Below are positions 17,889 to 28,812 of a stretch of DNA of 64,000 nucleotides, piece after piece. The notes below the pieces were generated by a model that was not told the DNA's origin, ran no database searches, and worked only from the letters and a program-made list of their open reading frames with translations. The position numbers were made by a program, and so were the translations under genes. This stretch comes from an uncultured bacterium (GTDB taxonomy: Bacteria; SAR324; NAC60-12). The stretch covers positions 224,001 through 288,000 of the forward strand of contig CBFIGY010000001.1 in the NCBI GenBank assembly GCA_965662235.1, in the 5' to 3' direction. The first letter of the stretch is position 1. Each line of letters starts with the position of its first letter.

Positions 17889-20552
17889 TCAGGGGGTTGC
17901 CAGTTCATCCAGACGCTTCTGGATGAGCTGTTGCCACTCCGGAGCCTCAAACTCACGGAGCATCTTCTTGTAAACGGCTCGGGCTTCTGTCGGACGCTTG
18001 AGCGCCCAGTAGCTTTCGGCCATCATTCGGTTCACCTCAAACCGATCTGCTACTGAGAGGCTCCGGTCGAGGTAAATCACCTTCAGGTGAGCCGCCAGGG
18101 ACTCGCTGTGCTTTCCAACCTGAAACGCCAGGTGCCCGCGTTCCTTGAGAATCCGGAGCTGCCGAGTCGCTTTCTGAGCATCACCAGACGCGGCGTTCGT
18201 CTGCTCAGCCTCTGAAAGCCAGCGCTCGGACTGATCCCATTGGCGGAGGTCCTGATGGATCCGTCCCAAGCGCAGCAGCAGTTCCACACGGTCGGGCACC
18301 GTCAGTTCCACATTTTGCTGAACCTGCTGCTCATAGTGACGGGCCAGCTGACGCAGGTAGGGCGCCGCCTGTTCTGGGGCCTCTTGTTTCACGTGAAACG
18401 CGACCAGCAGCTCCAGGGTCTCAATGGCCACTGAGTCGGTTTGATTTTCCGCAAGAAGCTGCTCTGCCACGTTCAAAAACTGTTCCGACTGCTCCTGATG
18501 GTTGGCAATTTTCAGCAGCTGGAACCGCATGGGGCGAATCCGTTCCGGAGGCGCATTGAGCAGGGCCACTTCATAGCTCTCACGGGCGTCTTCCCAACGC
18601 TGAAGGCGGTAGAGCGCATCTGCCTGCTGTTCATAAAGCCATGCCTGCTGAACAGGCTCCCAGGTCGGGATGGGCAGCGTCTTGCTCCAGCGTACCAGTT
18701 CAGCATCCCGGCTCAGCGCCTGCAGCGTCCGGACGCGCAGTTCCGCTAACGGAAACACCGGATGCGCTTTCAGTTCGGCAACCAGCAGCGGATCCGCCTC
18801 TTCGGCACGCTCCAGCGCGAGCAGCGCCCGGGCCTGCATCACCGTCAGCCGAACCGGACGCAGCGGCTCCGGATACTGCTTCCGAAGGCGCTCAACCAGC
18901 TGGAGCACCGCTTCAGGCTGATTCAGGGCCTGTTGTGCCTCTGCCTGAAAGAGCAACGCTTCTTCGAGTAGAGGGGACTCCGGGTGTTCCTGTTCCAGTG
19001 CTTCCGTCCGAGAGAGGACCCCGTTCCACTCCTGCTGGTCCAGCAGCAACGCCGCCTCCAGCAGCAACCGGTCATCGGCACGCTCCACCGTTTCAGGGAT
19101 CTGACGCAGGCTGAGCAGCACAAAGCGGGAAGACTGCCCCCGCTGGTGCAGCAGCACCGCGTTCCAGAAGAAGTACTCCGGGCGCCGGGGGGATTCGGGA
19201 TATTCGGCAAGCAGCGCCTGATTCTCGGCCCAGGCGGCTTCCCAATTCTGACGTCGCAGGTCGTAGTTCAGGCGGAGGAAGGTGGACCACTCCTTGATTT
19301 GTGGCGCTCGGGCCGTCTGTTCCGCCCGCTTGAACCCATCGTAAGCGGCCTCGTTTCTTCCCTGCTGGAGCTGCGCGTAGGCCCGCAGCAGCTCGTATTC
19401 CCCTTCCCAGCCCTTCCGGTCATCCACTGGAAGCGTGAGGCGGAGGATCCAGCCAAACTCCCGGGTGGCTGTGGCGCTCCGGACCATGTCTTGGGCCTGT
19501 CGGGTGCGGATTTGAGGATCCCGGAGTTGATTGAGGAGGGCCAGGGCCACGTCCCACTGCTGCTTCTGCAGAGCCAAGCGTCCCCGGACTCGCTGAGTCC
19601 AGTCACTGGAGCCGCTGTGCTTTTCCAATTGGCCCACCCACTCTTCCACAGCGTCCCAGCGTGCTTCATGAATTTCGGCTGCTACACGGAGCTGGAGCAG
19701 TTCCTTCATGATCGGTTCGTTGTAATTCCTCTCAAACCGGGTATCCACGAATGCTCGCAGACGCTCCCACTGCCCCTGCTGGTAGTACTCCTGCCCGAGC
19801 AACAGCAGCACCTTGGGAGTCGGCGTGCTCCGAACCCACAGCTGGAGCGTCTCTTCCGGATTGCCGGTTTTCAGAAGCTTTTGCAGCAAAAACTCCAGTT
19901 CCCAGAAGTAAGGCGACAGGGTCGGGTGCTTGGCCCAGTCGTTCCGAGTGGTCTCCAGCCACGCCAGCGCCTTGTCTCCAACCCCTTGACGTCCCAGCAG
20001 CCACGCTTTGGTGTACTGGGCCTCAGTCTTCAGCTCAAAGAGGTTGCGGTTCAGCAAGGTTTCCACCGACTTCTGGGCGTCGACGAGGTCCCGGAGCGAC
20101 GGATTCCCCCGCTGGTCCACCTTCTTCAGTTCGTAAAGCCGCGCGTAGGCCTGGGCGCTCCAGAAGAGCGAGCGTCCGTACCACTCGGAGGTCGGGTTTT
20201 CGGCTTCCTCCTGCTGAATGGCATAGAAGTCCTTCAAGGCCTCCTGAAGACGGCTGGCGCTGTTTGAGAACAGCTTGCGGTACGCGACGTGGAAGCGCTT
20301 TCCTGAGGAATCGAACCACCCAGGCTCCGGAGGCTCGTATTGGCTGGGAAACAGGGCTTCCCACTGGGGCAACGGTGGGTAGGACGGCTGAGAAAACTGA
20401 ACCAGATCCTCCTGTTGATCAGCGGAAACATATTCTGGAATTTCAAAAGGATAACGCCCTGCTCGGCTTTCCACAAAGGTGGGTAAGTCAGCTGCTTGAG
20501 CAAAGGAAGGGAGGATCCATAACAGCAGTCCAATCCATCCGAAGCGACGCAT
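17889..20552 (-). CDS. Exported tetratricopeptide-repeat protein
   Basis: Signal peptide ending AQA; repeated TPR-like helices with YPESP/HPESP turns; 887 aa. Confidence 0.8.
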   Translation of the reverse strand: MRRFGWIGLLLWILPSFAQAADLPTFVESRAGRYPFEIPEYVSADQQEDLVQFSQPSYPPLPQWEALFPSQYEPPEPGWFDSSGKRFHVAYRKLFSNSASRLQEALKDFYAIQQEEAENPTSEWYGRSLFWSAQAYARLYELKKVDQRGNPSLRDLVDAQKSVETLLNRNLFELKTEAQYTKAWLLGRQGVGDKALAWLETTRNDWAKHPTLSPYFWELEFLLQKLLKTGNPEETLQLWVRSTPTPKVLLLLGQEYYQQGQWERLRAFVDTRFERNYNEPIMKELLQLRVAAEIHEARWDAVEEWVGQLEKHSGSSDWTQRVRGRLALQKQQWDVALALLNQLRDPQIRTRQAQDMVRSATATREFGWILRLTLPVDDRKGWEGEYELLRAYAQLQQGRNEAAYDGFKRAEQTARAPQIKEWSTFLRLNYDLRRQNWEAAWAENQALLAEYPESPRRPEYFFWNAVLLHQRGQSSRFVLLSLRQIPETVERADDRLLLEAALLLDQQEWNGVLSRTEALEQEHPESPLLEEALLFQAEAQQALNQPEAVLQLVERLRKQYPEPLRPVRLTVMQARALLALERAEEADPLLVAELKAHPVFPLAELRVRTLQALSRDAELVRWSKTLPIPTWEPVQQAWLYEQQADALYRLQRWEDARESYEVALLNAPPERIRPMRFQLLKIANHQEQSEQFLNVAEQLLAENQTDSVAIETLELLVAFHVKQEAPEQAAPYLRQLARHYEQQVQQNVELTVPDRVELLLRLGRIHQDLRQWDQSERWLSEAEQTNAASGDAQKATRQLRILKERGHLAFQVGKHSESLAAHLKVIYLDRSLSVADRFEVNRMMAESYWALKRPTEARAVYKKMLREFEAPEWQQLIQKRLDELATP
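18385..18400. other. parS centromere-like site (TGTTTCACGTGAAACG), inside the TPR gene
   Basis: 15/16 match to canonical parS; about 510 bp from the first copy. Confidence 0.8.
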
Positions 20553-20554
20553 TG

Positions 20555-21640
20555 TTACCTTTTGGGAAGGGGTGGGTCGGGGAGGGTGTCACGGAACTCA
20601 ACCAGAGCCTGGGCCGCAGCGTCCAGGTCTTCAGCAGAGAGCCGGAGGGCATACTCGTAGCGAGTCATTGCATGTTGGTAGCGGGGGTCGTAGTAGTCCG
20701 TCAGGAGGATCTGAGCCAGCTCTTCCAGCCGACCCTGCTTCAGGCAGAGGCGCAGGTGCTCCACCACCTTGGCACTCAGGGCCATCTTCAGCGTCTGCAA
20801 AATGGCGTCTACCTCCTGCACATCCGCCTCACAGCGAAGGGCGTAGTCCTCAACCGTCCGCTGCACACGGGTTTCCAGCGAAGCTTCCAGCAGCACCGTG
20901 ATGCCTTCCCGGAGGGGCTGAAAGATGGCCTTGGGCACAAACACGGGCCCCACCTTGCGGCTCTCTCCCTCAACAAACCAGTGGCGTCCGGCAGGAAGCG
21001 CCTGGATCTGCTTTAGCAGCAGCCCCTCAAAGTTCCGTTGCGTACGGGGGTGAAGGTGAAGCGCCCCAAACAGCGAGCTTCGGTGCTGCGCGAGGCCTTC
21101 GAGGTCCAGGTGATCGGGAAGCCGCTGCAGGATACGGGTTTTGCCCACCCCGGTCTGGCCATGCAGCACAATGAAGGAGCCCTGAAACGCCTCCAGCTCC
21201 TGGAGTACGTGGTTGCGGTAAGCCTTGTAGCCCCCGTGAAGCTGCTGAGCGCGATGCCCTTGGGCCTGCAGCAGACGAACCACTGAGGCCGACCGCATTC
21301 CTCCGCGGGCGCAGTAGACGATCAGCGGCTGCTTCTGGAAGGCGGAAAAGGGTGCCAAGAACTCCTGGATCTTTTCAGACACCAGATCCTTACCGCGCTC
21401 CACAGCCACCTGAGGGCCCACCTGCTTGTAAAGCGTCCCGATCTCTGCCCGTTCCATTCCACTGAAGAGCGGGATGTTATGAGCCCCCGGAATGGCCCCT
21501 TGCTGAAACTCCTCGGGGGTCCGGACGTCCACCAACGGGATTCCAGCGTGCAGGGCCTGCTCCACAGAGAGCCCCTGGAGGTCGCCTTCGAGGTAGCGAT
21601 CAATTCCTGCTCGGAAGGTGGCCGCCGTGTGGGAGGTCAC
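20555..21640 (-). CDS. selU: tRNA 2-selenouridine synthase
   Basis: Rhodanese domain DVRTPEEF...IGTLYKQ...YCARGGMRS plus P-loop [30 protein letters not shown] and YYDPRY. Confidence 0.95.
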   Translation of the reverse strand: MTSHTAATFRAGIDRYLEGDLQGLSVEQALHAGIPLVDVRTPEEFQQGAIPGAHNIPLFSGMERAEIGTLYKQVGPQVAVERGKDLVSEKIQEFLAPFSAFQKQPLIVYCARGGMRSASVVRLLQAQGHRAQQLHGGYKAYRNHVLQELEAFQGSFIVLHGQTGVGKTRILQRLPDHLDLEGLAQHRSSLFGALHLHPRTQRNFEGLLLKQIQALPAGRHWFVEGESRKVGPVFVPKAIFQPLREGITVLLEASLETRVQRTVEDYALRCEADVQEVDAILQTLKMALSAKVVEHLRLCLKQGRLEELAQILLTDYYDPRYQHAMTRYEYALRLSAEDLDAAAQALVEFRDTLPDPPLPKR

Positions 21641-22689
21641 TCGTCACCATCTTCCGCAACCGGCTCAGCGTCCTCACTCACCGGAAGGAGGCTGTACCGT
21701 TCCCGCACCAGACGCTCCAGCTCTCCGGAAATTTCCGGGTGCTCCTCAAGGAAGCGAATGGCATTGTCGCGCCCCTGTCCCAGCCGCTCCTTGTTGTACG
21801 AAAACCACGTCCCGCTCTTCTGCACGAGTTCAAGGTTGACGGCATAGTCGAGGAGCACCCCAAACTGGGAAATTCCTTTTCCGTAAATCAGGTCAAACTC
21901 AGCGGACCGGAAAGGCGGCGCCAGTTTGTTTTTCACCACCTTGACCTTCACCCGATGCCCCTGAACCTCGTCTCCTTGCTTGATCTGGGTGGTTTTGCGG
22001 ACATCGAGGCGGATGCTGGAGTAGAACTTGAGCGCTTGCCCGCCTGTGGTTGTCTCCGGGTTGCCGAACACGACCCCAATCTTGGAGCGGAGCTGGTTGA
22101 TGAAGATGAAGATCGTGTGGGACTTGGAGACCGAGCCTGTCAGCTTCCGGAGGGCCTGGGACATCAAGCGGGCGTGGAGGCCCATGTGGGAATCCCCCAT
22201 GTCTCCATCAAGCTCGTTTTTCGGAACCAGCGCTGCCACGGAGTCCACCACCACAATGTCGGCCTTACCAATGCGGACCATCTGCTCAGCGATCTCTAGG
22301 GCCTGCTCGCCGTAATCCGGCTGAGACAGCAGCATCTCCTCCACCTGCACTCCAAGCGTCCGGGCGTTGGTGCGGTCGAAGGCGTGCTCGGCATCTACAA
22401 ACACGGCGGTGCCGCCAGCACGCTGAACCTCTGCAATGGCACACAGGGCCAGGGTGGTCTTTCCGGAGGCCTCTGGCCCATAGATTTCAATGATCCGCCC
22501 GCGGGGAAACCCGCCCACTCCGAGCGCCACATCCAAAGCCAGGTTCCCGGCGCTCACCACAGGAGCGCTCTGTACCGAGCTCTCATCCATCCGCATGATG
22601 GACCCCTTGCCGAATTGACGCTCAATCTGGGAGATCGCCAGTTCCAGATCCTTCCTGCGGTCGTCTTTCTTTTCCTCGTCTTTTGTCAT
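21637..22689 (-). CDS. recA: Recombinase A
   Basis: [42 protein letters not shown] and [11 protein letters not shown]. The likely start is ATG 22689. Confidence 0.98.
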   Translation of the reverse strand: MTKDEEKKDDRRKDLELAISQIERQFGKGSIMRMDESSVQSAPVVSAGNLALDVALGVGGFPRGRIIEIYGPEASGKTTLALCAIAEVQRAGGTAVFVDAEHAFDRTNARTLGVQVEEMLLSQPDYGEQALEIAEQMVRIGKADIVVVDSVAALVPKNELDGDMGDSHMGLHARLMSQALRKLTGSVSKSHTIFIFINQLRSKIGVVFGNPETTTGGQALKFYSSIRLDVRKTTQIKQGDEVQGHRVKVKVVKNKLAPPFRSAEFDLIYGKGISQFGVLLDYAVNLELVQKSGTWFSYNKERLGQGRDNAIRFLEEHPEISGELERLVRERYSLLPVSEDAEPVAEDGDE

Positions 22690-22767
22690 AAGTGGCTCTC
22701 TTGCTGTTTTGTCGGTACAATTCACGGGTTGAGGAACCGGGAATGCATGTCTCGAGTGGAGCAAACC

Positions 22768-22796
22768 ATCATAGGCGCCTCTCCAAGAAGTAGCAA
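22768..22796 (-). promoter_or_regulatory. Putative sigma70 promoter of recA (TTGCTA-N17-TATGAT)
   Basis: Near-consensus hexamers with 17-bp spacing, about 80 bp upstream of the recA ATG. Confidence 0.55.
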
Positions 22797-22879
22797 ACGC
22801 TAAACCGGGCCTTTTTCAAGCGGATCCCCCTTCAGGAGGTTCAGGAGTCTTTTCTCTTTTTTACTGGAATATCAAGTTT

Positions 22880-23830
22880 ATGAGCTTCAACAAAAAGCGC
22901 TGCATCGTCACAGGGGGAGCCGGTTTCCTCGGTTCCTTTCTCTGTGAGCGTTTGCTGGAGGAGGGCCACGAGGTCATTGCCGTCGACAACTTCTTCACCG
23001 GCAACAAGCGCAACATTGCCCACCTGCTCCCCCGACCTGACTTCGAACTGGTCCGGCACGATGTGGTGGAACCGATCCTGTTGGAAGGGGACTGGATCTT
23101 CAACCTTGCGTGCCCGGCATCGCCCGTTCACTACTGGCACAACCCCGTCAAGACCATCAAGACCAGTGTGATGGGCGCCATCAACATGCTCGGACTGGCC
23201 AAACGCACCGGGGCGCGGATGCTCCAGGCCTCCACCTCTGAAGTGTATGGCGACCCAGAGGTCCACCCGCAGCCTGAGAGCTACTGGGGAGCCGTCAATC
23301 CGATTGGCCCCCGCAGTTGCTACGATGAAGGAAAGCGGGTGGCGGAAACCCTGATGATGGACTACCACCGGCAGAACCACGTCGACATCCGGATTGTCCG
23401 AATCTTCAACACCTACGGCCCCCGCATGCACCCAGAAGACGGACGGGTGGTGAGCAACTTCATTGTGGCCGCCCTCAAGGGAGAGCCCCTGACCCTGCAT
23501 GGAGATGGCGAGCAGACCCGCTCCTTCTGCTTCGTCAGTGACCTCGTGGAAGTGATCTACCGCATGATGGCTCAAGACGACATCATCGGTCCCGTCAACA
23601 TTGGCAACCCGGGAGAGTTTACCATCCGAGAACTCGCCGAGCAGGTGATCGACCTCACCCAATCTTCCTCCAAGATCATCTCCCTCCCTGCTCGAGAAGA
23701 TGACCCGAAGCAGCGACGTCCGGACATCACCCTCGCCCAGTCCAAGCTCGGCTGGACCCCAAAGGTGCCGCTGCGTGAGGGACTGGAGCGCACCATCCAC
23801 TACTTCGATGAACTGCTTCGGCAATCCTGA
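22880..23830 (+). CDS. uxs: UDP-glucuronate decarboxylase (UDP-xylose synthase family)
   Basis: [51 protein letters not shown] and [10 protein letters not shown]. Confidence 0.92.
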   Translation: MSFNKKRCIVTGGAGFLGSFLCERLLEEGHEVIAVDNFFTGNKRNIAHLLPRPDFELVRHDVVEPILLEGDWIFNLACPASPVHYWHNPVKTIKTSVMGAINMLGLAKRTGARMLQASTSEVYGDPEVHPQPESYWGAVNPIGPRSCYDEGKRVAETLMMDYHRQNHVDIRIVRIFNTYGPRMHPEDGRVVSNFIVAALKGEPLTLHGDGEQTRSFCFVSDLVEVIYRMMAQDDIIGPVNIGNPGEFTIRELAEQVIDLTQSSSKIISLPAREDDPKQRRPDITLAQSKLGWTPKVPLREGLERTIHYFDELLRQS

Positions 23831-23845
23831 GACTGAGATCGATTG

Positions 23846-26140
23846 ATGAAGAAGCGCTGCCTTTCTGCCTTGATGCTCCTGCTGGCCACCGCTGGCTCCT
23901 TCTCTGTGGCTCAGGCTCAGTCCTCGGGCTTTGCTCAGCCTGCAGGAGAAGCCGATCTGGAGGAGCCGGCGAGCGCTCTGGTTTACAGCGCCGATGAGTC
24001 TGTCCTAGCAGCTGGCTTTACAGATGGCTCCGATGGGAAGGTCCAGCTTCTGGACCGCGCCAGTGGCAAACCCATCGCAGTCTTGACTTCGGAGGACAAC
24101 CCCGTCCGGGAGCTCGCAGCAGACCTCAAGCAGCGGCGCCTGGTGGTGGCTGGAGAAAAACGGCTCGAGATGTGGAACCTCGAAAACCTAGAAACAGGAG
24201 AGATTCCCACTGACCAACGCCTCTGGAGTCATGAAGCTCAGACGGAGCAAATCCAGATCACCCCCCAGGGAGACGCCGTCCGCTGGCTCGAAAAAGGCAC
24301 GCTCCGGGAGTCGCCGCTGGAGGCCATGCAGCCCCGGGACGTGGCACAGGTTCCAGACGCTTCCGGACACGCCCAGAGCCAGGACGCGTCCATGCTCGCC
24401 GTTTCCAAAGAAAATGAAGGCGTTGTCAGTGTCTATTCCGGAGAGGAGCAGCTTCCGGACCTTGACTACCACCTCTTCCCCGTCAAGGACATGAAGTTCC
24501 TTCCAGATGGCAAACTCCTGTCGTTGGATCAGGCAGGAAACCTCATTTGGGGCGATGTTCCGAACCGCATCAAGGAGCGTCAACTGGTGGTGCCTCATCC
24601 GGAGGAGACGGAGGTGGTTCGGGTGGAACCCCTGCTTGAGGAAAAAGCCGTGGTCGCCGTCCAGCGAGACGACGATGAGCATGAGGCAATCGTTTTGGAC
24701 TACCGTGGGCAAGAGCAGGAACGCTTTGCCATCAGTTCCTCTGAGGCGCTGGCCATCAGCCCCACAGGCGCTCACATGGCCTACTCTGATCCCAAGGGAA
24801 GGATCCGTTTCATGGATGTTCCCAACAGCGAGCCCCCTCAGGCCTACGCCCAGCGCCTCAGGCGCCTCAATGCCCCAGACACTGCACGTCGCTACCTCAA
24901 TCAGCTCGACCCCATGGCTGCTGCCAACCAGGAACCGCCACCGGTCAATGAGAAGGCGCTTCTGGAAGACGAACTGAAAGCCGCCCTCAAGGCAGGGAAG
25001 TGGGTGGACGTTGACCGCCTTGCCCGAGAGCTCTTGGCACTGGACCCCCGAAACGCCACCGGCCGAAGCGCCCAGATGCAGCTCAAGGGACGGCAGGACC
25101 TGCTCCAGATTGAAAAGGCCAAGCAGCTCATGGAGGTGGGCGACTACGAACGCGCCGCCGGCATGCTGGCTAAGGTTCCCAGCAACAGCGAACAGTACGA
25201 AGAAGCCCGGGAGCTGCTCAACCTAGCCGAACGCAAGAGCCAGATTCAGCAAAACCTCCGAAACGCTCGTGCCAGCATGCGGGTCAACAACTGGGACCTC
25301 GCCCGGGTGCAGGTTGAGAAGGTGCTGCAGCAAGAGCCCAACAATCCGCAGGCTCAGGCCCTGTTGGATGAAATCAACTCCAGCGCACGCTGGGAGGCGT
25401 TTCAGTTTTGGGGCATTCCGTCGCTGCTGCTGGTAGGGTTCGCAGGAGCAGGGTTCTACCTCTACCGCAAACGTCCGAAGTGGCTCAACCACCTGAAGGT
25501 GGAGGAGGAACAGGCACCACCGCTGAAAAAGCATCCGGGCACCAAAACCGCTCGACCTCCGAAAGCCACCAAGGCTGCCAAGGAAGGCCCCTCCCTTGAC
25601 GAGCAACGCTACCGAGAGGCGTTGGCCAAGACCCTCGAGCTGCTCCGGATTGCCCTCCGTAAGGACGCGCACCGCGAGCACGCCGTCCGGCTCATGGACT
25701 TTCAAGCAGAGCTGAAGATCATCTCTCAGAAGGGCAAGGCGCCCAATGCAGACTTCCGGCTCTTGGTCACGCAGCTGCTGGTCCTGCAGCAGACCCTCCG
25801 GAACCTCAAGTTCCGAGGAAAGGCCCGGAGCAGTCCCAAGGACCCGGGCACAGGAGAAGGAGCAGAGGAAGCAAATGCGTCTGCAGCCGCTCCACCTCCC
25901 GGAGGCAAGGAGGAAACGTACTACCAGCTGCTTGGGGTGAACCCGGAGGCATCTGCGGACGAAATCAAAAAGGCCTATCACCAAAAACTAAAGGAATATC
26001 ATCCTGATCGGCACCAAAACAGCGAGTTTGGGTGGATCAAGGAACAGGCCGAGGCCATGACCCTGAAGGTCCGTGAAGCCTTTGACACCCTAGGCAATCC
26101 GGCTTCCCGGAAAAAGTACGACCAGAAATTACGCTCATGA
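23846..26140 (+). CDS. Membrane-anchored protein: WD40-like propeller, TPR, TM and C-terminal DnaJ domain
   Basis: Signal peptide, WD-like repeats, TPR helices, TM segment FWGIPSLLLVGFAGAGFYLY followed by RKR, then J domain YYQLLGV...IKKAYH...YHPD...RKKYD. Confidence 0.8.
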   Translation: MKKRCLSALMLLLATAGSFSVAQAQSSGFAQPAGEADLEEPASALVYSADESVLAAGFTDGSDGKVQLLDRASGKPIAVLTSEDNPVRELAADLKQRRLVVAGEKRLEMWNLENLETGEIPTDQRLWSHEAQTEQIQITPQGDAVRWLEKGTLRESPLEAMQPRDVAQVPDASGHAQSQDASMLAVSKENEGVVSVYSGEEQLPDLDYHLFPVKDMKFLPDGKLLSLDQAGNLIWGDVPNRIKERQLVVPHPEETEVVRVEPLLEEKAVVAVQRDDDEHEAIVLDYRGQEQERFAISSSEALAISPTGAHMAYSDPKGRIRFMDVPNSEPPQAYAQRLRRLNAPDTARRYLNQLDPMAAANQEPPPVNEKALLEDELKAALKAGKWVDVDRLARELLALDPRNATGRSAQMQLKGRQDLLQIEKAKQLMEVGDYERAAGMLAKVPSNSEQYEEARELLNLAERKSQIQQNLRNARASMRVNNWDLARVQVEKVLQQEPNNPQAQALLDEINSSARWEAFQFWGIPSLLLVGFAGAGFYLYRKRPKWLNHLKVEEEQAPPLKKHPGTKTARPPKATKAAKEGPSLDEQRYREALAKTLELLRIALRKDAHREHAVRLMDFQAELKIISQKGKAPNADFRLLVTQLLVLQQTLRNLKFRGKARSSPKDPGTGEGAEEANASAAAPPPGGKEETYYQLLGVNPEASADEIKKAYHQKLKEYHPDRHQNSEFGWIKEQAEAMTLKVREAFDTLGNPASRKKYDQKLRS

Positions 26141-26226
26141 GGACCAATAAGGGTGTCTTTCCAAAAGAAAACGCGATAGAGTGGAACCTCTTTGATTTAA
26201 AGTTAAACCCCTTAGTATGAAGGGTC

Positions 26227-26592
26227 ATGAGAATCCTATACATTGAAGACGACCAGGCGCTTCGTGAGCTGATGCAGGAAGTCCTGGAAGGAGAGGGCTT
26301 TGAGGTCATCATTGCTGGAACCGGCAACGAGGGCATTGAGCGTTTCGGCGAGGTGCACCCGGATGTCGTCATCACCGACCTGATCATGCCCGACGGAGAT
26401 GGAGAAGAGGTCATTGAGGCCATCAAGCGGACCCCTGAGCCTCATCCGGGCATCATCGTCTTCAGTGGCATGTGGGCCGATGACGGCATGACCATTGAGG
26501 AGCATGCCAAGCGCCTAGGAGCCGATGCCGGCCTGGCCAAGCCCGTGGAGTTCAGTGCCCTTCTAGAGGCCATCCGGAGCATCCGCCCTTAG
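26227..26592 (+). CDS. Single-domain response regulator (CheY-like)
   Basis: IEDD, ITDLIMPDGDG (phospho-Asp) and KPV. Confidence 0.92.
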   Translation: MRILYIEDDQALRELMQEVLEGEGFEVIIAGTGNEGIERFGEVHPDVVITDLIMPDGDGEEVIEAIKRTPEPHPGIIVFSGMWADDGMTIEEHAKRLGADAGLAKPVEFSALLEAIRSIRP

Positions 26593-26781
26593 CAGGCACC
26601 CCTCAGAGGCCGACTTCTTCGGCTCTTGTGAGCAACCAGCGCCCAGGCTCCCGCTCAGTGATCCTGCCGCCTGTTTTTTTCCGTTTTCTGCATCCACCCC
26701 GTTTATGAGTTTCAGGCTTCCCTCAGCCCCCTTCCCGCTCGCCTTTCATCCTCCAGAACCGCTTCGGCTTCACCCCAACAA

Positions 26782-28812
26782 ATGAGCTCTGTCTTATTGA
26801 AGAACCTGTGGGGGTCGATCCGTCAGTATGCTCCAACCCTGCCTCAGTTTCCCATGAGGCTCAGGGAGCTGCAGCGGTTCACTCTGCAAACGCTGACCTT
26901 TGGGCTGGTGCTGGTAACCGGGGTGGCCTCCTTGCTGGACTTCTGGCCCGCGCCTCGTCTGATAGGCGTCCGGATCCTGTTCACCGTGCTGCTGGGACTC
27001 TACCTGTTTGACCTCCAGCGTCCCAACCCTTGGACTCGGTTTGGGCTGGTCCTGATCACAGCGCTCTACCCGCTTTACGAGATCCTCGCAGGGCTTCCGC
27101 CGGCTGAAATCCTTCCGTGGTTTTCCGTCTCGCTGATCATCGCCGGTTTTGGGTTTCCCCCCCGTCAGCTAAGCCTCTTCTTCACCGGAATGATGCTCAC
27201 GCTCCTCCTCCTGCCACTGGAAGCAGAAAGCACCCTTCAGCAGTGGGGAAACGGGTTTGCGCTGCTGGTGACGACCTTCACTCTCGTCTTCTTTGCCTCT
27301 TTCCTCTCCAGGGTTCAGCTCAGGGAGTTGCGGGCTCAGCAAAAGTCCCTGGAACGCATCACCAGTGAACGCGACAACCTGCTCGCCTCCGGAGAGATCG
27401 GCATCTGGTCCTGGGAAAACGATCGCTTTCTTTGGGACGCCACCACCTTAAAGCTCTTCCGCCGAGAGGCGCCTCCGCGCTCACGAGCCGAGTTTTTTGA
27501 GCTCCTCCACGAAAAGGACCGAGAGCGGGTGAAGGCCCTGATTGCAGCCAACCAGGAAACCACCGAGTTCGAGTTCCGCATCAAGGGGTTTCCGGAAAGC
27601 TACGTGCTGCTTTCCAAGGGACGGACCATCCGCGATGAGCACGGTCAGATGCTTTGGCGCGAAGGCACCACGCAGGACATCAGCAAGCTCCGACAGACGG
27701 AAGCGGCTCTCGACCAGTCTCAGGCGCTCAACCAGGAGATCCTCGAGTCCATTGAAGACGGGCTGATTGTGGTCAACGCCAACCGGCAGCGGGTCGCCAT
27801 CAACCGGAAGATCATGGAGTTGACCGGCTTCACCCGAGAAGAGCTCCTCACCCTCTCACCCACGGAAACCTACTGGCCACAGCAGGAACAGGAACGCCTC
27901 ACACACGAGCTGAACCGGGTCTTTCAGCATGGCCAGCGGGTTCAGTTTGAAACCCTCTATCGCCGGAAAGACGGCACCCTCTTTCCGGTTCTGCTTTCTG
28001 CCAGCGCCATTTTTGATGAGCAAAACAAACCGCTCTACAGCGTGGCCCTCATCCATGACCTCACCTCGGCTCGCGCTGAAGAGCAGATCCGGCAGAGCCT
28101 AGAGATCAAGGCCATCAGTCAGTCCAAGCTGGCTCAGATTGGAGAGCTCGCTGCCATCATGGCCCATGAAATCAACACCCCTCTGGCGCACGTGCAGATG
28201 GTGCTCGATTCCTTCCAGATGCAGTTGCAGAAGGAGGTGCTGGAGCCCGATCGATTTTGCTCCAAGCTGGCAGCAGCCGGCAAGCAGGTTCAGCGCATCA
28301 AGCAGATCATTGACCACATGCGCCTTTACGCCCGGGCTGAGTCTGCGGAACGCGAGTTCATTCCTCTGGAAACCCTGCTGAACAACGCCATGATCCTGAT
28401 TGAGGGACGCCTCCGGCTGCACCGGGTGCACCTGACCCGGGAGCTGGCGCCCGACCTGCCCCTCCTGCACGTCAACCCCACTCAGCTGGAACAGGCCCTC
28501 CTCAACCTGATCAACAATGCGTTGGACGCCCTAGAGGGCACGGAAAGAAAAGAGATCCTCCTTCAGGCCCACGCGGACGCTCAGCACCTGTACCTAGACA
28601 TTCAGGACAACGGAAGCGGAATGGCTCCGGAAACCCTGCAGCAGCTTTTTACTCCGTTCTTCACCACCAAACCTGCAGGCATGGGAACCGGGCTGGGCCT
28701 GTCCATCACCCAAAGCATCATCACTGAGCACGGCGGCCACATTGGGTGTCACTCCGTCCTCCAGCAGGGCACCACCTTTTCCATCACCCTCCCGGTGCCT
28801 GCATCCGCATGA
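26782..28812 (+). CDS. Membrane PAS-domain sensor histidine kinase
   Basis: Multiple TM helices, two PAS domains, AHEINTPL H-box, NLINNALDA, DNGSG and FFTTKPAGMGTGLGL. Confidence 0.92.
   Translation: MSSVLLKNLWGSIRQYAPTLPQFPMRLRELQRFTLQTLTFGLVLVTGVASLLDFWPAPRLIGVRILFTVLLGLYLFDLQRPNPWTRFGLVLITALYPLYEILAGLPPAEILPWFSVSLIIAGFGFPPRQLSLFFTGMMLTLLLLPLEAESTLQQWGNGFALLVTTFTLVFFASFLSRVQLRELRAQQKSLERITSERDNLLASGEIGIWSWENDRFLWDATTLKLFRREAPPRSRAEFFELLHEKDRERVKALIAANQETTEFEFRIKGFPESYVLLSKGRTIRDEHGQMLWREGTTQDISKLRQTEAALDQSQALNQEILESIEDGLIVVNANRQRVAINRKIMELTGFTREELLTLSPTETYWPQQEQERLTHELNRVFQHGQRVQFETLYRRKDGTLFPVLLSASAIFDEQNKPLYSVALIHDLTSARAEEQIRQSLEIKAISQSKLAQIGELAAIMAHEINTPLAHVQMVLDSFQMQLQKEVLEPDRFCSKLAAAGKQVQRIKQIIDHMRLYARAESAEREFIPLETLLNNAMILIEGRLRLHRVHLTRELAPDLPLLHVNPTQLEQALLNLINNALDALEGTERKEILLQAHADAQHLYLDIQDNGSGMAPETLQQLFTPFFTTKPAGMGTGLGLSITQSIITEHGGHIGCHSVLQQGTTFSITLPVPASA

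Noticed and set aside
22690..22880. LexA/SOS box upstream of recA
   Set aside because: No match to the CTGT-N8-ACAG, GAAC-N4-GTTC or GTTC-N7-GTTC types; GGTT-N4-AACC is too short to call.
18984..23824. Long opposite-strand ORFs (427, 421 and 327 aa) and similar ones elsewhere in the track
   Set aside because: They are shadow ORFs antisense to well-supported genes, expected in GC-rich DNA, and carry no motifs.
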